Source: Nitrospinaceae bacterium
GTDB taxonomy: Bacteria; Nitrospinota; Nitrospinia; Nitrospinales; VA-1
Assembly (NCBI GenBank): GCA_029261595.1
Contig: JAJDAZ010000044.1
Coordinates: 31,377-95,376, forward strand
DNA length: 64,000 bases
Reading direction: 5' to 3'
The notes under the pieces are model-generated. The model saw only the letters and a program-made list of their open reading frames with translations, searched no databases and was not told the DNA's origin. This document shows positions 17,727-27,403 of the stretch, one piece after another. The position numbers were made by a program, and so were the translations under genes. The first letter of the stretch is position 1, and each line of letters opens with the position of its first letter.

Positions 17727-18482
17727 ATGAACTCGTTCCTATCGGCACTATCATTTTTAACCATTTTGCCTAGGTCAAAAAACCGGGGCTTCGATGGCCG
17801 AATGGTCGTGTATTTTCCTCTGGTGGGGCTTCTCATTGGCGGGTTGCTGGTGGGAGTGGATCATATTGGATCTCTGATTTTCCCGGACTTTCTGCGGTGC
17901 GCCGTGGATGTTTTATTTCTTGCGGTGGTGACTGGGGCGCTTCATCTCGATGGGTTGGCGGACAGCGCCGACGGTTTGTTTTCCCACCGACCGCGCAACC
18001 GGGTGCTTGAAATTATGAAGGACCCGCGCGTCGGGGTGATGGGGGTGCTGGCGGTACTTTTTTGTGTTTTGCTCAAAGTCGGGGGAATTCATGGAATGGG
18101 GGAAACCAACCTCTGGCTGTGGCTCCTGCTTGCGCCGACACTGGCAAGGGCCTCCCAGGTCATCGGACTGGTTTTCATGGAGGATGTCAGAGAAGGCGAG
18201 GGCATTGGTTCGGCGCTGTACCAGAAAGGAAACTACCGAACTCTGGCGGGATGTCTGGTTCCCCTGGTTATTCCTTTTCTATTTCATTTTCGAACGGGAA
18301 TCTTGATGCTCATTGTTTTCGCTTCTTCCACGGCGGTTTTACTGATTTATTTTCAATACAGGATTGGCGGCATGACCGGCGATACGTTCGGGGCTTTGAC
18401 GGAAATTGTCGAGACTGTTTTATTGACCACGGGTGCGGTGGAGAGTCAGATGTTTCAATCCATCGAAAACACATCATTTTGA
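17727..18482 (+). CDS. cobS: adenosylcobinamide-GDP ribazoletransferase (cobalamin synthase)
   Basis: MNSFLSALSFLTILP start, HLDGLADSADGLFS motif, polytopic membrane protein of ~250 aa. Confidence 0.9.
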   Translation: MNSFLSALSFLTILPRSKNRGFDGRMVVYFPLVGLLIGGLLVGVDHIGSLIFPDFLRCAVDVLFLAVVTGALHLDGLADSADGLFSHRPRNRVLEIMKDPRVGVMGVLAVLFCVLLKVGGIHGMGETNLWLWLLLAPTLARASQVIGLVFMEDVREGEGIGSALYQKGNYRTLAGCLVPLVIPFLFHFRTGILMLIVFASSTAVLLIYFQYRIGGMTGDTFGALTEIVETVLLTTGAVESQMFQSIENTSF

Positions 18483-18495
18483 GGCGGATCTTAAG

Positions 18496-19725
18496 ATGAA
18501 TAAAACAATATTGGTTACCGGGGGATGTCGAAGCGGCAAAAGCAAGTACGCCTTGAAGCTGGCCAACAGCCGACCCGGAAAAAAGTTTTTCCTGGCAACG
18601 GCTCAGCCGCTTGATGAGGAGATGGCGGAGCGAATTCAAAAGCATCGCCAGGAACGCGGGAAGGAATGGGTCACTTTTGAGGAGCCCATCAATCTGGCAG
18701 ATGTTTTCAAAAAGTTAGATGATGATCCGCAATCGGTTTTGATTCTGGATTGTCTGACACTTTGGATCAGCAACCTTCTGATGGAATCCACTCCGAAAGA
18801 AAAATTGCTGGGGTATGTCAATGAATGGCTCGATTGTTGTTCCCGCTTTAAGGGAACATTGATCTGCATCACTAACGAGGTCGGGGCGGGGATTGTCCCG
18901 GAAAATCCACTGGGCAGAGAGTTTCGTGATCTTGCGGGTGAAATCAATCAACAGGTGGCGGATCGATTCGATGAAGTCATTCTCACGGTGTCCGGAGTGC
19001 CTGTAACCATCAAAACCAGCGCAAAAAGTGAGGATGTGGCCGGACAAAACGATCGCATAAACCATGAATTTTCACCCGCCAAAAAAGCAGGGCTCTATGA
19101 AGCGATCTATGGCCGGCGGGATGTGCGTCAGTTCAATCCGAACCCCGTTCCTTTCGAGGCATTGGAAAAAATTCTGAATGCCGCTCACCACGCGGGATCG
19201 GTGGGGTTCATGCAACCCTGGAATTTTATTGTCATTGACGACCCTGAGGTTAAGGAAAGGGTGGTCCAAAATTTTTCCGAAGCCAACGAAGAAGCGTCCC
19301 GGCACTATTCCGGTGACCGGAAAGACCTTTACTCCTCTCTAAAGCTGGAAGGTATTCGAGAGGCGCCGATCAATATTTGCATCACCTGCGATCGCGAAAG
19401 ATCGGGTCCCCATGTATTGGGAAGAAACAGCGTGCCGGATACGGACATCTTCAGCACCTGCTGTGCGGTGCAAAATCTTTGGCTGGCGGCAAGGGCCGAG
19501 GGTCTGGGGGTGGGCTGGGTGAGTATTTTATCCATGGAAAAGTTGAAGGAGGTATTGGCCATTCCGGAGGAAATCGTTCCTGTGGCTTATCTTTGCGTGG
19601 GCTACACGGACCATTTTTTAAAGCAACCGTTGCTGGAAAAGGTTGGATGGGCCGATCGACTGCCCATGAACAAGCTCATTTATCACAATCAATGGAACGA
19701 AAATTCCAAAGGGTTTCTGCAATAG
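18496..19725 (+). CDS. cobU/bluB: fusion protein: adenosylcobinamide kinase/guanylyltransferase (CobU/CobP) + 5,6-dimethylbenzimidazole synthase (BluB)
   Basis: The ATG at 18496 gives MNKTILVTGGCRSGKSKYA (CobU P-loop), then ERIQKHRQERG and LDCLTLWISN. After a ~25-aa linker comes YGRRDVRQF...HHAGSVGFMQPWNF...SLKLEGIREAP...LWLAARAEGLGVGWVSIL, the BluB hallmarks. Confidence 0.85.
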   Translation: MNKTILVTGGCRSGKSKYALKLANSRPGKKFFLATAQPLDEEMAERIQKHRQERGKEWVTFEEPINLADVFKKLDDDPQSVLILDCLTLWISNLLMESTPKEKLLGYVNEWLDCCSRFKGTLICITNEVGAGIVPENPLGREFRDLAGEINQQVADRFDEVILTVSGVPVTIKTSAKSEDVAGQNDRINHEFSPAKKAGLYEAIYGRRDVRQFNPNPVPFEALEKILNAAHHAGSVGFMQPWNFIVIDDPEVKERVVQNFSEANEEASRHYSGDRKDLYSSLKLEGIREAPINICITCDRERSGPHVLGRNSVPDTDIFSTCCAVQNLWLAARAEGLGVGWVSILSMEKLKEVLAIPEEIVPVAYLCVGYTDHFLKQPLLEKVGWADRLPMNKLIYHNQWNENSKGFLQ

Positions 19726-19732
19726 CACTTTT

Positions 19733-20911
19733 ATGAATCTTCCTCACGAGACAAGAAACCAAAGAATGGCAATGTCATCTTCCCTGGTGATCCCATTGCC
19801 CGAAGAAAATTTTTTCTCGGGGCATGGCGGCCAGGCGCATTTGATTCAAAAAGAATTTTTTAAGGCCAGGAACTGGATCGACTTCAGCGCCAGCATCAAC
19901 CCGCTGGGGCCTTCCAAAAATATTCAGCAGGTGCTTGAGGCGCCCCTGTCTGCGATTTCAAGATATCCCGACTCTCAATCCTCGGAATTGGTACAGGGCC
20001 TTGGTGATTATCTGGGGGTCGATAGCAGTCGCATTGTCGTCACCAATGGAGCGACGGAGTTGATTTACCTGTTGCCTCATTTGTTAAAATGTGGGCAGGG
20101 GGTATTGGCTCTGGTTCCAATTTTTTCAGAATACTTGAAAGCGTTCAAGCTTTCGAATATTCCAGTCAGAACCCTTTCTTACGAAATCGACAGGGAATTT
20201 GAACCGCCGATGAATCAATTGACCGATTTTTTAAAACAGAACCCCGGAATCGGAGCGGTGGTGATAGGCCATCCCAACTCTCCTAATGGGCGCTTGTGGA
20301 ACGAGGAAGAATTAATAGTTCTTGCGAATTATTGTGAGGGCCGGGAAATACTTTTGATGGTGGATGAAACCTTCATCGACTTTTGTCCTCCAGGGACTTC
20401 CGCTATGGAAAAATTCAGAGGTTTTTCCAACCTGATTTCCATTCGTTCCATGACCAAGTTTTTCGCCCTTCCGGGCTTGCGTCTGGGCTACGGAGTGATG
20501 GATTCCAAATGGGTTCAGAAAATCAGACAATTCCAACCGCCCTGGTCGGTCAATGGCCTGGCTCAGGCAATTGGCTTGTCTTCACTGAAAGACCCGGGCT
20601 TCATCAGGGATAGCCGGTCATTCGTGCGAAAACAAAGGGAGTTTTTAATTGAGCGTTTATTGGAGATGCCCTGGCTCAAGGCTTATTCATCGGAAACCAA
20701 CTTTATTCTGTTTCGGTTGATGGGAATGGGGAAAACTTTTCCGAAGCGTTTCTACTACCAGTTGCTTAAAGACGGGGTTCTTTTGCGCAATTGCGGAAAC
20801 TTTGAAGGCCTTGACGAGACTTACTTTCGCATCGGTGTTCAGAATAGTTTTGAAAATGAATCGCTGCTTTTAAGAATGAAAAATATTTTTTCTACCCAGA
20901 AAATGGATTAG
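19733..20911 (+). CDS. cobD: L-threonine-O-3-phosphate decarboxylase (histidinol-phosphate aminotransferase-like)
   Basis: N-terminal HGG, IDFSASINPLGPS and the SMTKFFALPGLRLGY PLP-lysine motif. It sits between cobU and cbiB. Confidence 0.75.
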   Translation: MNLPHETRNQRMAMSSSLVIPLPEENFFSGHGGQAHLIQKEFFKARNWIDFSASINPLGPSKNIQQVLEAPLSAISRYPDSQSSELVQGLGDYLGVDSSRIVVTNGATELIYLLPHLLKCGQGVLALVPIFSEYLKAFKLSNIPVRTLSYEIDREFEPPMNQLTDFLKQNPGIGAVVIGHPNSPNGRLWNEEELIVLANYCEGREILLMVDETFIDFCPPGTSAMEKFRGFSNLISIRSMTKFFALPGLRLGYGVMDSKWVQKIRQFQPPWSVNGLAQAIGLSSLKDPGFIRDSRSFVRKQREFLIERLLEMPWLKAYSSETNFILFRLMGMGKTFPKRFYYQLLKDGVLLRNCGNFEGLDETYFRIGVQNSFENESLLLRMKNIFSTQKMD

Positions 20912-20913
20912 GG

Positions 20914-21867
20914 ATGGATTTGGCGGGCATGATCTTGATTGCGTTTGTTCTGGATTTAATTCTGGGCGATCCGAAAGGCATGCCGCATCCGGTACGGGTG
21001 ATGGGGATGGCGGCGGCGTCCCTTGAAAAAATCACTCGAAAGGCAATCGGCGATCAAAAGCGGGCGGGTGTCGTAACTTGTTCGATTATGGTCATGGCAA
21101 CTTTTGCGCTGGCCTGGGGTTTACTAGAGTTGCTTAGAAACTGGAATGAACCCGTATCAGCCCTTATGCAAATTTTGTTGTTGTACACCACATTCGCGAC
21201 ACGGTCCTTATACGATGAAAGCCAACCGGTTTTGATCACCTTGCGGAAAGGCGATGAAGATAAGGCCCGGAGCCATTTACAGAATATTGTGGGACGCGAT
21301 ACCCAGGATTTGAATGGAAAGGAAATCACCCGTGCGACGGTGGAGACCATTTCCGAAAACACGGTGGACGGCGTGGTCGCACCCTTGTTTTATGCCTGCA
21401 TAGGGGGGGCTCCTTTGGCCCTGACCTACAAATGCATCAATACGTTGGATTCTATGTTCGGTTATAAAAATGAAACTTACATCCAATTCGGTTGGGCATC
21501 AGCTAAGTTGGATGATGCAGTCAACTGGTTGCCCGCAAGGCTGGCAGGACCGCTGATGGTGGTTTCGGCAACTTTGCTGGGGATGGACGGCAAAAGGGCG
21601 TGGAAAACAATGCTTCGGGATGGACAAAACCATTTGAGCCCGAATGCCGGAATACCTGAAGCGGTGGTCGCAGGATCTTTAGGCGTTAAACTGGGTGGAT
21701 CGCAACATTATCAGGGTCACAGGGTTGAAAAACCCACCCAGGGAGAAGCGTTCCGGGGTATCGAGCCTGACGATATTTATAAGTCTCATCAAATATTATT
21801 TGTGACAGCTTTTTTAGCCTTGGTTTTATTTTTGTTAATTCGTGTAGGAGTTGGGTTTCAGGGATGA
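20914..21867 (+). CDS. cbiB: adenosylcobinamide-phosphate synthase
   Basis: LDLILGDPKGMPHPVRVMG N-terminus and VDGVVAPLFY motif. Membrane protein of ~317 aa. Confidence 0.9.
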   Translation: MDLAGMILIAFVLDLILGDPKGMPHPVRVMGMAAASLEKITRKAIGDQKRAGVVTCSIMVMATFALAWGLLELLRNWNEPVSALMQILLLYTTFATRSLYDESQPVLITLRKGDEDKARSHLQNIVGRDTQDLNGKEITRATVETISENTVDGVVAPLFYACIGGAPLALTYKCINTLDSMFGYKNETYIQFGWASAKLDDAVNWLPARLAGPLMVVSATLLGMDGKRAWKTMLRDGQNHLSPNAGIPEAVVAGSLGVKLGGSQHYQGHRVEKPTQGEAFRGIEPDDIYKSHQILFVTAFLALVLFLLIRVGVGFQG

Positions 21868-21942
21868 TTAAAAGGAGGTGCGTTTGGATTGTAACTAAAT
21901 TAGATTGCTAGTTTTATTTAAAAAATATTAATAGTTCGAATG

Positions 21943-22083
21943 CTTTCCAGTCGGGGAAGCCCGGTTAAATTCCGGCACTGTCCCGCAACTGTAATGGGTG
22001 TGAGAACCGCAGAAAGCCACTGTCATTGATGATGGGAAGGCGCGGTTGCTGTAGGCCCTGAGTCAGGATATCTGGCTGGAAGG
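21943..22083 (+). promoter_or_regulatory. cobalamin riboswitch aptamer, leader of btuB operon
   Basis: P1 pairs CTTTCCAG with CTGGAAGG. Core GGGGAAGCCCGGTTAAATTCCGGCACTGTCCCGCAACTGTAATGGG, B12 box AGCCACTG, then GGGAAGGCGCGG. The btuB RBS and ATG lie 20-35 nt downstream. Confidence 0.9.
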
Positions 22084-22118
22084 TATATTTAAAAATCCTT
22101 CGAGAGAAAGGAAGTTTT

Positions 22119-23975
22119 ATGCAACGCGCGTTAATTTTTGCTTCATCATTTATTTTTTTTATAGTTGTTTTTTCAGAGGCCGTATTCCTTCATGCGGCGG
22201 ACGATACAATTGATTTAAAAACCTTGTCGGTGATCACCACCAGAACATCAAGTTCCCTGGAGGACATCCCCACCGCCACGACCGTTATCACTGAGAAGAA
22301 AATTAAAAAGAAACAATTCACTCAGGTGTTGAACCTCTTGAGAGAGGAAGTGGGCATGGAGGTGACTCAGTCCGGGCCCCTTGGCGCAGTATCAAGCGTT
22401 TTCATACGCGGGGCCGGGTCTTCATCCACCCTGGTTCTGGTCGATGGGGTGCAAGTCAATTCGAACACATTAGGGGCCTTCAATTTCGCAAATCTTAACG
22501 TCGAAAATATTGAAAAAATCGAAGTCCTGCGCGGCCCGCAAAGCACCCTTTGGGGCTCGGATGCGGTGGGAGGCGTGATCAATATCATCACCAAACGGGG
22601 CAAGGGAGAGCCCACACATTCCTTTTCCTTTGAAGGGGGCAGTTTCGAAACGTTTAAAGAAACATTGAGCAGTTCCGGCGATTTGGGCTTCCTGGATTAT
22701 TCCGTTTCAGCTTCACGCACCGACAGCGAAGGTTTTTCTTCCGCCAATGAAAATCGCGGCAACACAGAGAACGATGGTTATGAAAACACCTCGGTATCCA
22801 CTCGGGTGGGCCGAAACTTTTTGGATGATGGCCGGGTGGATTTTATCGGGCGATTTACGAGATCGATTAATGAATTCGATGCATTCGGTTTCGTGGATGG
22901 AAAAGGTTTTAGCAAAAACGATGCTTATTACGTCGCCGTCCCGGTTGAAAAGGCCATATTGGATCAATGGGACCTTAAAATAAACCCGACCCTGGCTTAT
23001 GAGTTTTTCAAAACGTTGGACCCTGGAGGATTCACTAAAAAATCCCACATTCTCAATCGCACTTACGGTGTAGACGTGCAAAATACTGTGGAAATCAATA
23101 AATACTTTTCTACCACGTTTGGATTTGAATATGAGGAGCGAAACGGGGTCAATGAAGAAAGCAGTTTGCGGGACACGATTAAAAACAAGGGATTTTATCT
23201 GCAAACTCAGTTTCACTGTGGGAACAGTTTCGTTTTGACCGCCGGGTTTCGACACGATATGAATTCGGTATTCGAAGACCCGACCACTCGCAAGTTTGAA
23301 GCCGCTTATCGATTTCATCAAACAGGTACGCGAATACGGGCGGCCCATGCCACGGGGTTTCGCGCCCCAACCCTGAACGAATTATTTTTCCCCAATTTTG
23401 GAACCCCTTCATTGCAACCGGAAAAAAGTAATAGCTGGGAAGTCGGCCTGGATCAAAATCTGGTTGGAGGTAAAGTGATCTTCGCCGTTACTTATTTTGA
23501 AGTGGATTTTGAAAACCTCATTGAAACGGTCGATTTAGGAGGATTTGTTTTCAGGGCGCAAAATGTTTCAGAGGCCTCAACGAAGGGCGTGGAAACAACG
23601 ATCAGCATCGACCTGCCGCAAAACGTCAGGGTTTCAACAAACTATACCTGGTTAAACGCTAGGAATGATGCGGGTGAACCTCTTCAACGCCGAGCGGAGC
23701 ACAATTTTAATGTCAATCTGAACCATACCTGGAGGGATAAACTTAATTCTCTCGTTGGGCTTCGGGTGCGTAGCCGCATTCGTTCCAACAGCACCGGGAC
23801 GCAAGTCACCGGCGCCTTCACCACCGTTCGCGCGGCGGTCAGTTATCAAGTCAATAAAAACCTGAAAATATCCGCTAGAGGTGAAAACCTGTTTAATGAA
23901 AACTACGAGGAAGTTTTCGGGTTTGGCCAAGCGGGAGTTTCCGGTTATGGTGGATTTACCTGGACGTTTAATTAG
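22119..23975 (+). CDS. btuB: TonB-dependent outer-membrane corrinoid receptor
   Basis: Signal peptide, TonB-box-like DTIDLKTLSVITT, plug motifs IEVLRGPQSTLWGSDAVGGVINIITKRG, and a long beta-barrel region. A B12 riboswitch lies immediately upstream. Confidence 0.85.
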   Translation: MQRALIFASSFIFFIVVFSEAVFLHAADDTIDLKTLSVITTRTSSSLEDIPTATTVITEKKIKKKQFTQVLNLLREEVGMEVTQSGPLGAVSSVFIRGAGSSSTLVLVDGVQVNSNTLGAFNFANLNVENIEKIEVLRGPQSTLWGSDAVGGVINIITKRGKGEPTHSFSFEGGSFETFKETLSSSGDLGFLDYSVSASRTDSEGFSSANENRGNTENDGYENTSVSTRVGRNFLDDGRVDFIGRFTRSINEFDAFGFVDGKGFSKNDAYYVAVPVEKAILDQWDLKINPTLAYEFFKTLDPGGFTKKSHILNRTYGVDVQNTVEINKYFSTTFGFEYEERNGVNEESSLRDTIKNKGFYLQTQFHCGNSFVLTAGFRHDMNSVFEDPTTRKFEAAYRFHQTGTRIRAAHATGFRAPTLNELFFPNFGTPSLQPEKSNSWEVGLDQNLVGGKVIFAVTYFEVDFENLIETVDLGGFVFRAQNVSEASTKGVETTISIDLPQNVRVSTNYTWLNARNDAGEPLQRRAEHNFNVNLNHTWRDKLNSLVGLRVRSRIRSNSTGTQVTGAFTTVRAAVSYQVNKNLKISARGENLFNENYEEVFGFGQAGVSGYGGFTWTFN

Positions 23976-24301
23976 TTGATTTAAATTTATTCAAAAACGC
24001 TATCTTCAAATTTGCACTTTAAGGGAACTGAGCTATTTGGTTCTCTTGCTGTTTCTGAGTTCGACTGGGCATTTATTATTTCCACGGGGAGCTACCACCT
24101 GCTTTCCGGAAGATATGATGAGATTCCGATACTGGATCAAGTGGTCAATTCCATGAAATATTATCCCCGCTATATCGGCGGAGCATTTTTCTATATAGGA
24201 ATTTTTGGAGTCAGTGTCAAAGTGAAAAGTTTGATTGAGGTTTTTGTCAACCGCCAGTTTTATTCAAGAGCCAATTGATAGGGTTTAATATTTTCAGTGA
24301 G

Positions 24302-25714
24302 ATGATGATGGACGGGATACAGACATGCAAGGGTTTAGTAATTTCGGGGACTCATACCTCGGTGGGGAAATCGTCCATCACCATGGGGCTGATGCGTTGT
24401 TTGAGAAATCGAGGACACTCGGTGAAACCGTTTAAAGCCGGTCCGGATTATATCGACCCCAGTCACCATCGCGCCGCATCCGGTAAACCCAGTTATAATC
24501 TGGACTCCTGGATGTGCACACAGGAGTACATCAAAAACCTTTTTTTCGATACGGTTTGTGAGGGCGACATCTGCGTTGTAGAGGGGGTCATGGGGCTTTT
24601 TGACGGAGCACATTCGACAAAGGCGACGGGGTCGACGGCGGAAATTGCGCATCTTCTTGGGATGCCGGTTCTACTGGTGATCGACGGGTCGATGATGGCT
24701 CGCTCTGTAGCGGCTCTGGTGCAGGGGTTCACTCGGTTTGATGAACGTTTGAATGTGATCGGTGTGGTTGCCAATCGCGTGAATTCACCCGGTCATGGAA
24801 AAATTTTGCGGGAGGCGATAGAGCATTACACATCGGCGAAGTTCTTGGGATACCTCCCGCGCCAAGAGGAATTGACGGTGCCGGACCGCCATCTGGGCCT
24901 GGCCATGTCCCATGAACAGGAACCGCAGATTTATGATAAATGGGCTTCTCATATTGAACAACACCTGGATGTGGCGGGTCTGTTAAAGTCACTTCCGCTA
25001 ATTAAAATAAATGAACCTTTATCGGCACCTTCCAGTTCTCGACGGTGGAAAAAAAGCATCGAGCCAAAACCATTTTCTGTCGCCATTGCCAGGGATGAAG
25101 CCTTTCAGTTTTTATATCAGGATACGTTGGATTTGATCCATCATCATGGCGGGACCATCCAGTATTTTTCCCCATTACGGGACTCTGACTTACCCGATAA
25201 TATTGACTGGATTTACATTCCGGGAGGTTACCCTGAGTTGCATGCAAAACAACTGAGCGAGAATGAGCGCATTCTTCAGGCGGTTAATTCATTTGCCGAA
25301 TCAGGCAAACTGATTGTGGGCGAGTGCGGCGGGTTGATGTATCTGGGGAATTCCTTGAGCGATAAAGAGGGAAACTCATATGGTATGGCGGGTGTGTTTG
25401 ATTTTGCCACAACGATGCAGGGTAAGCGGTTGACTTTGGGATACCGGGAATTGACTTTCCCGCAACCTGACAATGATAGCCCGCCTCTTGGTTTGCGAGG
25501 CCATGAGTTTCACTATTCAAAATTTGAGTATAATAATGAAGTACCCCTGATGGCCCACCGCATGGATGGAAAGGATTTGGACCGGCCCGATGGTTACCGT
25601 GAAAAAAATTCGTTTGCATTTTATTCCCATATTTATTGGGGGAGCTCCAGCGAATGGTGGGATTATCTACTCAATAAATTCATTTTGAACACCACCGTGC
25701 CCCGAGGCAACTAA
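24302..25714 (+). CDS. cbiA: cobyrinic acid a,c-diamide synthase
   Basis: GTHTSVGKSSITMGL, FKAGPDYIDPSHH, and C-terminal GATase ECGGLMYLG. The ATG triplet run at 24302-24310 is preferred over the track's TTG at 24275. Confidence 0.9.
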   Translation: MMMDGIQTCKGLVISGTHTSVGKSSITMGLMRCLRNRGHSVKPFKAGPDYIDPSHHRAASGKPSYNLDSWMCTQEYIKNLFFDTVCEGDICVVEGVMGLFDGAHSTKATGSTAEIAHLLGMPVLLVIDGSMMARSVAALVQGFTRFDERLNVIGVVANRVNSPGHGKILREAIEHYTSAKFLGYLPRQEELTVPDRHLGLAMSHEQEPQIYDKWASHIEQHLDVAGLLKSLPLIKINEPLSAPSSSRRWKKSIEPKPFSVAIARDEAFQFLYQDTLDLIHHHGGTIQYFSPLRDSDLPDNIDWIYIPGGYPELHAKQLSENERILQAVNSFAESGKLIVGECGGLMYLGNSLSDKEGNSYGMAGVFDFATTMQGKRLTLGYRELTFPQPDNDSPPLGLRGHEFHYSKFEYNNEVPLMAHRMDGKDLDRPDGYREKNSFAFYSHIYWGSSSEWWDYLLNKFILNTTVPRGN

Positions 25715-25715
25715 T

Positions 25716-26270
25716 ATGAAAAAAAGGCCAGGATCAGACCCCAAAAAAAGAAAAGGTCTCATCATAGTTCATACCGGTGAGGGTAAGGGCAAGTCCACCG
25801 CCGCCTACGGTCTGGCGATTCGAGCCGCCGGGAATAAAATGAAAGTTTTTATTCTCCAGTTCATGAAGGGTCAATGGAAAACCGGAGAAAGAAAGTCCGT
25901 CGCGAATTTATCACCCTGGATAGAAGTGGTTGCTCTTGGCGATGGGTTCACCTGGGACACCAATAACCCCGAGCAGGACCGCCTCACTGCGGCAAAGGCC
26001 TGGAATACCGTCAAACCAAAAATATTGGGCGGCGAATATCAAATGATTATTCTTGATGAAATCAATTACATCCTTGACTATGGATTCCTTGATGAAAAAG
26101 AAGTTCTGGAAACTCTTTGCAATAAACCTTCCTCAGTGCATGTGGTCTGTACCGGTAGAAATGCCTCCAAGGATCTCATCGAGTTGGCCGATTTGGTCAC
26201 GGAAATGAAGTGCCTGAAACATCCATTTAAAGAGCAGGGAATTCCGGCTCAAAAGGGAATCGAATTTTAG
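25716..26270 (+). CDS. cobO: cob(I)yrinic acid a,c-diamide adenosyltransferase
   Basis: GLIIVHTGEGKGKSTAAYGLAIRAAG, FILQFMKG and ILDEINY motifs of the CobA/CobO/BtuR family. Confidence 0.9.
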   Translation: MKKRPGSDPKKRKGLIIVHTGEGKGKSTAAYGLAIRAAGNKMKVFILQFMKGQWKTGERKSVANLSPWIEVVALGDGFTWDTNNPEQDRLTAAKAWNTVKPKILGGEYQMIILDEINYILDYGFLDEKEVLETLCNKPSSVHVVCTGRNASKDLIELADLVTEMKCLKHPFKEQGIPAQKGIEF

Positions 26271-27340
26271 TGCCGCCTATGTCCCAAAAGCTTAAAACCG
26301 CACTGGATGCCATTGTTCCGGTTTCCCCTGATAATTTAAAGCGCGCCGCAATGCATATGGACTCCCTGACCAAACCGCAGGGCAGCCTGGGACGGTTGGA
26401 GGACTGGGCCATCCGGTATGTTGCGATTAGAGGAACTCCCTTATCAAAAGTCGAGAAAAAATGTGTTTACTTATTCTCCGGCGATCACGGAGTGGTGGCG
26501 GAAAATGTCAGTGCCTACCCGCAGGCAGTCACCGCTCAAATGGTGAAAAATTTTTTAAACGGTGGTGCGGCCATTAATGTATTGGCAAAGCACATGAACA
26601 CCGAAGTCGTGGTCGTTGACATGGGAGTAAATCATGAGTTTAAGAATATATCCGGTCTGATTCACAAAAAAATCGCCATGGGGACCGGCAATATGCGTCG
26701 AAGCCCTGCCATGACACGGGATCAAGCGGAAAAGGCCATTGAGGTCGGGCTGGATCTTGCTTATGCAGCCAAAAAACAAAATGTCGATATCCTGGGAACG
26801 GGCGATATGGGCATTGGCAACACTTCACCCAGTTCGGCAATCATATCCGTTTTAAGCGGCAAACCGCCAGAAGAAACCACTGGTCTTGGGACGGGAATTG
26901 ACCATGATTCCTGGAAGCATAAGGTTTCCGTCATTGACGAAGCTATAAAATTTAACCGGCCCGATCCAGGGGACCCCGTGGATGTTCTGTCCAAAGTGGG
27001 AGGTTTTGAAATTGCAGGAATCGTTGGACTCATCCTGGGCGCGGCGTCACAAAAAATTCCCGTCGTGATCGACGGAGTGATATCGATTGCGGCGGCGGTC
27101 ATTGCTTCCCAATTAAATAAAGGTGCCAGGGATTATTTTTTCACGTCCCATAAATCCTCCGAACCTGGGTGTGAAATAGGTTTTCAGTTACTCGAACAGG
27201 AACCTTTGCTGGATCTCAATATGCGCCTGGGCGAGGGGACCGGGGCGGTTATCGCCATGGATCTGTTGGAGGCGGGAACGAAAATATATTTGGAAATGGC
27301 CACTTTTGAAAACGCGGGTGTGTCAAAAAATAAAAATTGA
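26270..27340 (+). CDS. cobT: nicotinate-nucleotide--dimethylbenzimidazole phosphoribosyltransferase
   Basis: SLTKPQGSLGRLEDWAI, GDMGIGNTSPSSAI and MRLGEGTGA motifs. The start is either GTG 26270 (1-nt overlap with cobO) or ATG 26279. Confidence 0.9.
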   Translation: MPPMSQKLKTALDAIVPVSPDNLKRAAMHMDSLTKPQGSLGRLEDWAIRYVAIRGTPLSKVEKKCVYLFSGDHGVVAENVSAYPQAVTAQMVKNFLNGGAAINVLAKHMNTEVVVVDMGVNHEFKNISGLIHKKIAMGTGNMRRSPAMTRDQAEKAIEVGLDLAYAAKKQNVDILGTGDMGIGNTSPSSAIISVLSGKPPEETTGLGTGIDHDSWKHKVSVIDEAIKFNRPDPGDPVDVLSKVGGFEIAGIVGLILGAASQKIPVVIDGVISIAAAVIASQLNKGARDYFFTSHKSSEPGCEIGFQLLEQEPLLDLNMRLGEGTGAVIAMDLLEAGTKIYLEMATFENAGVSKNKN

Positions 27341-27403
27341 TATCCCATTCTAATAAGTAACGCTATTTCCCAACTCCCTAACACCCTAATACGCTTTAAT
27401 CAA

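Noticed and set aside
22713-23348. 211-aa minus-strand ORF
   Set aside because: It is antisense to the btuB TonB-dependent receptor gene. No recognisable features.
24012-24278. 88-aa ORF between btuB and cbiA, considered as a possible B12-uptake accessory gene
   Set aside because: It has a TTG start without a visible RBS, no signal peptide and no motif, and the composition is unremarkable. It is left uncalled. I also scanned 23976-24301 for a fourth cobalamin riboswitch and found no GGTG...GCCACTG core.
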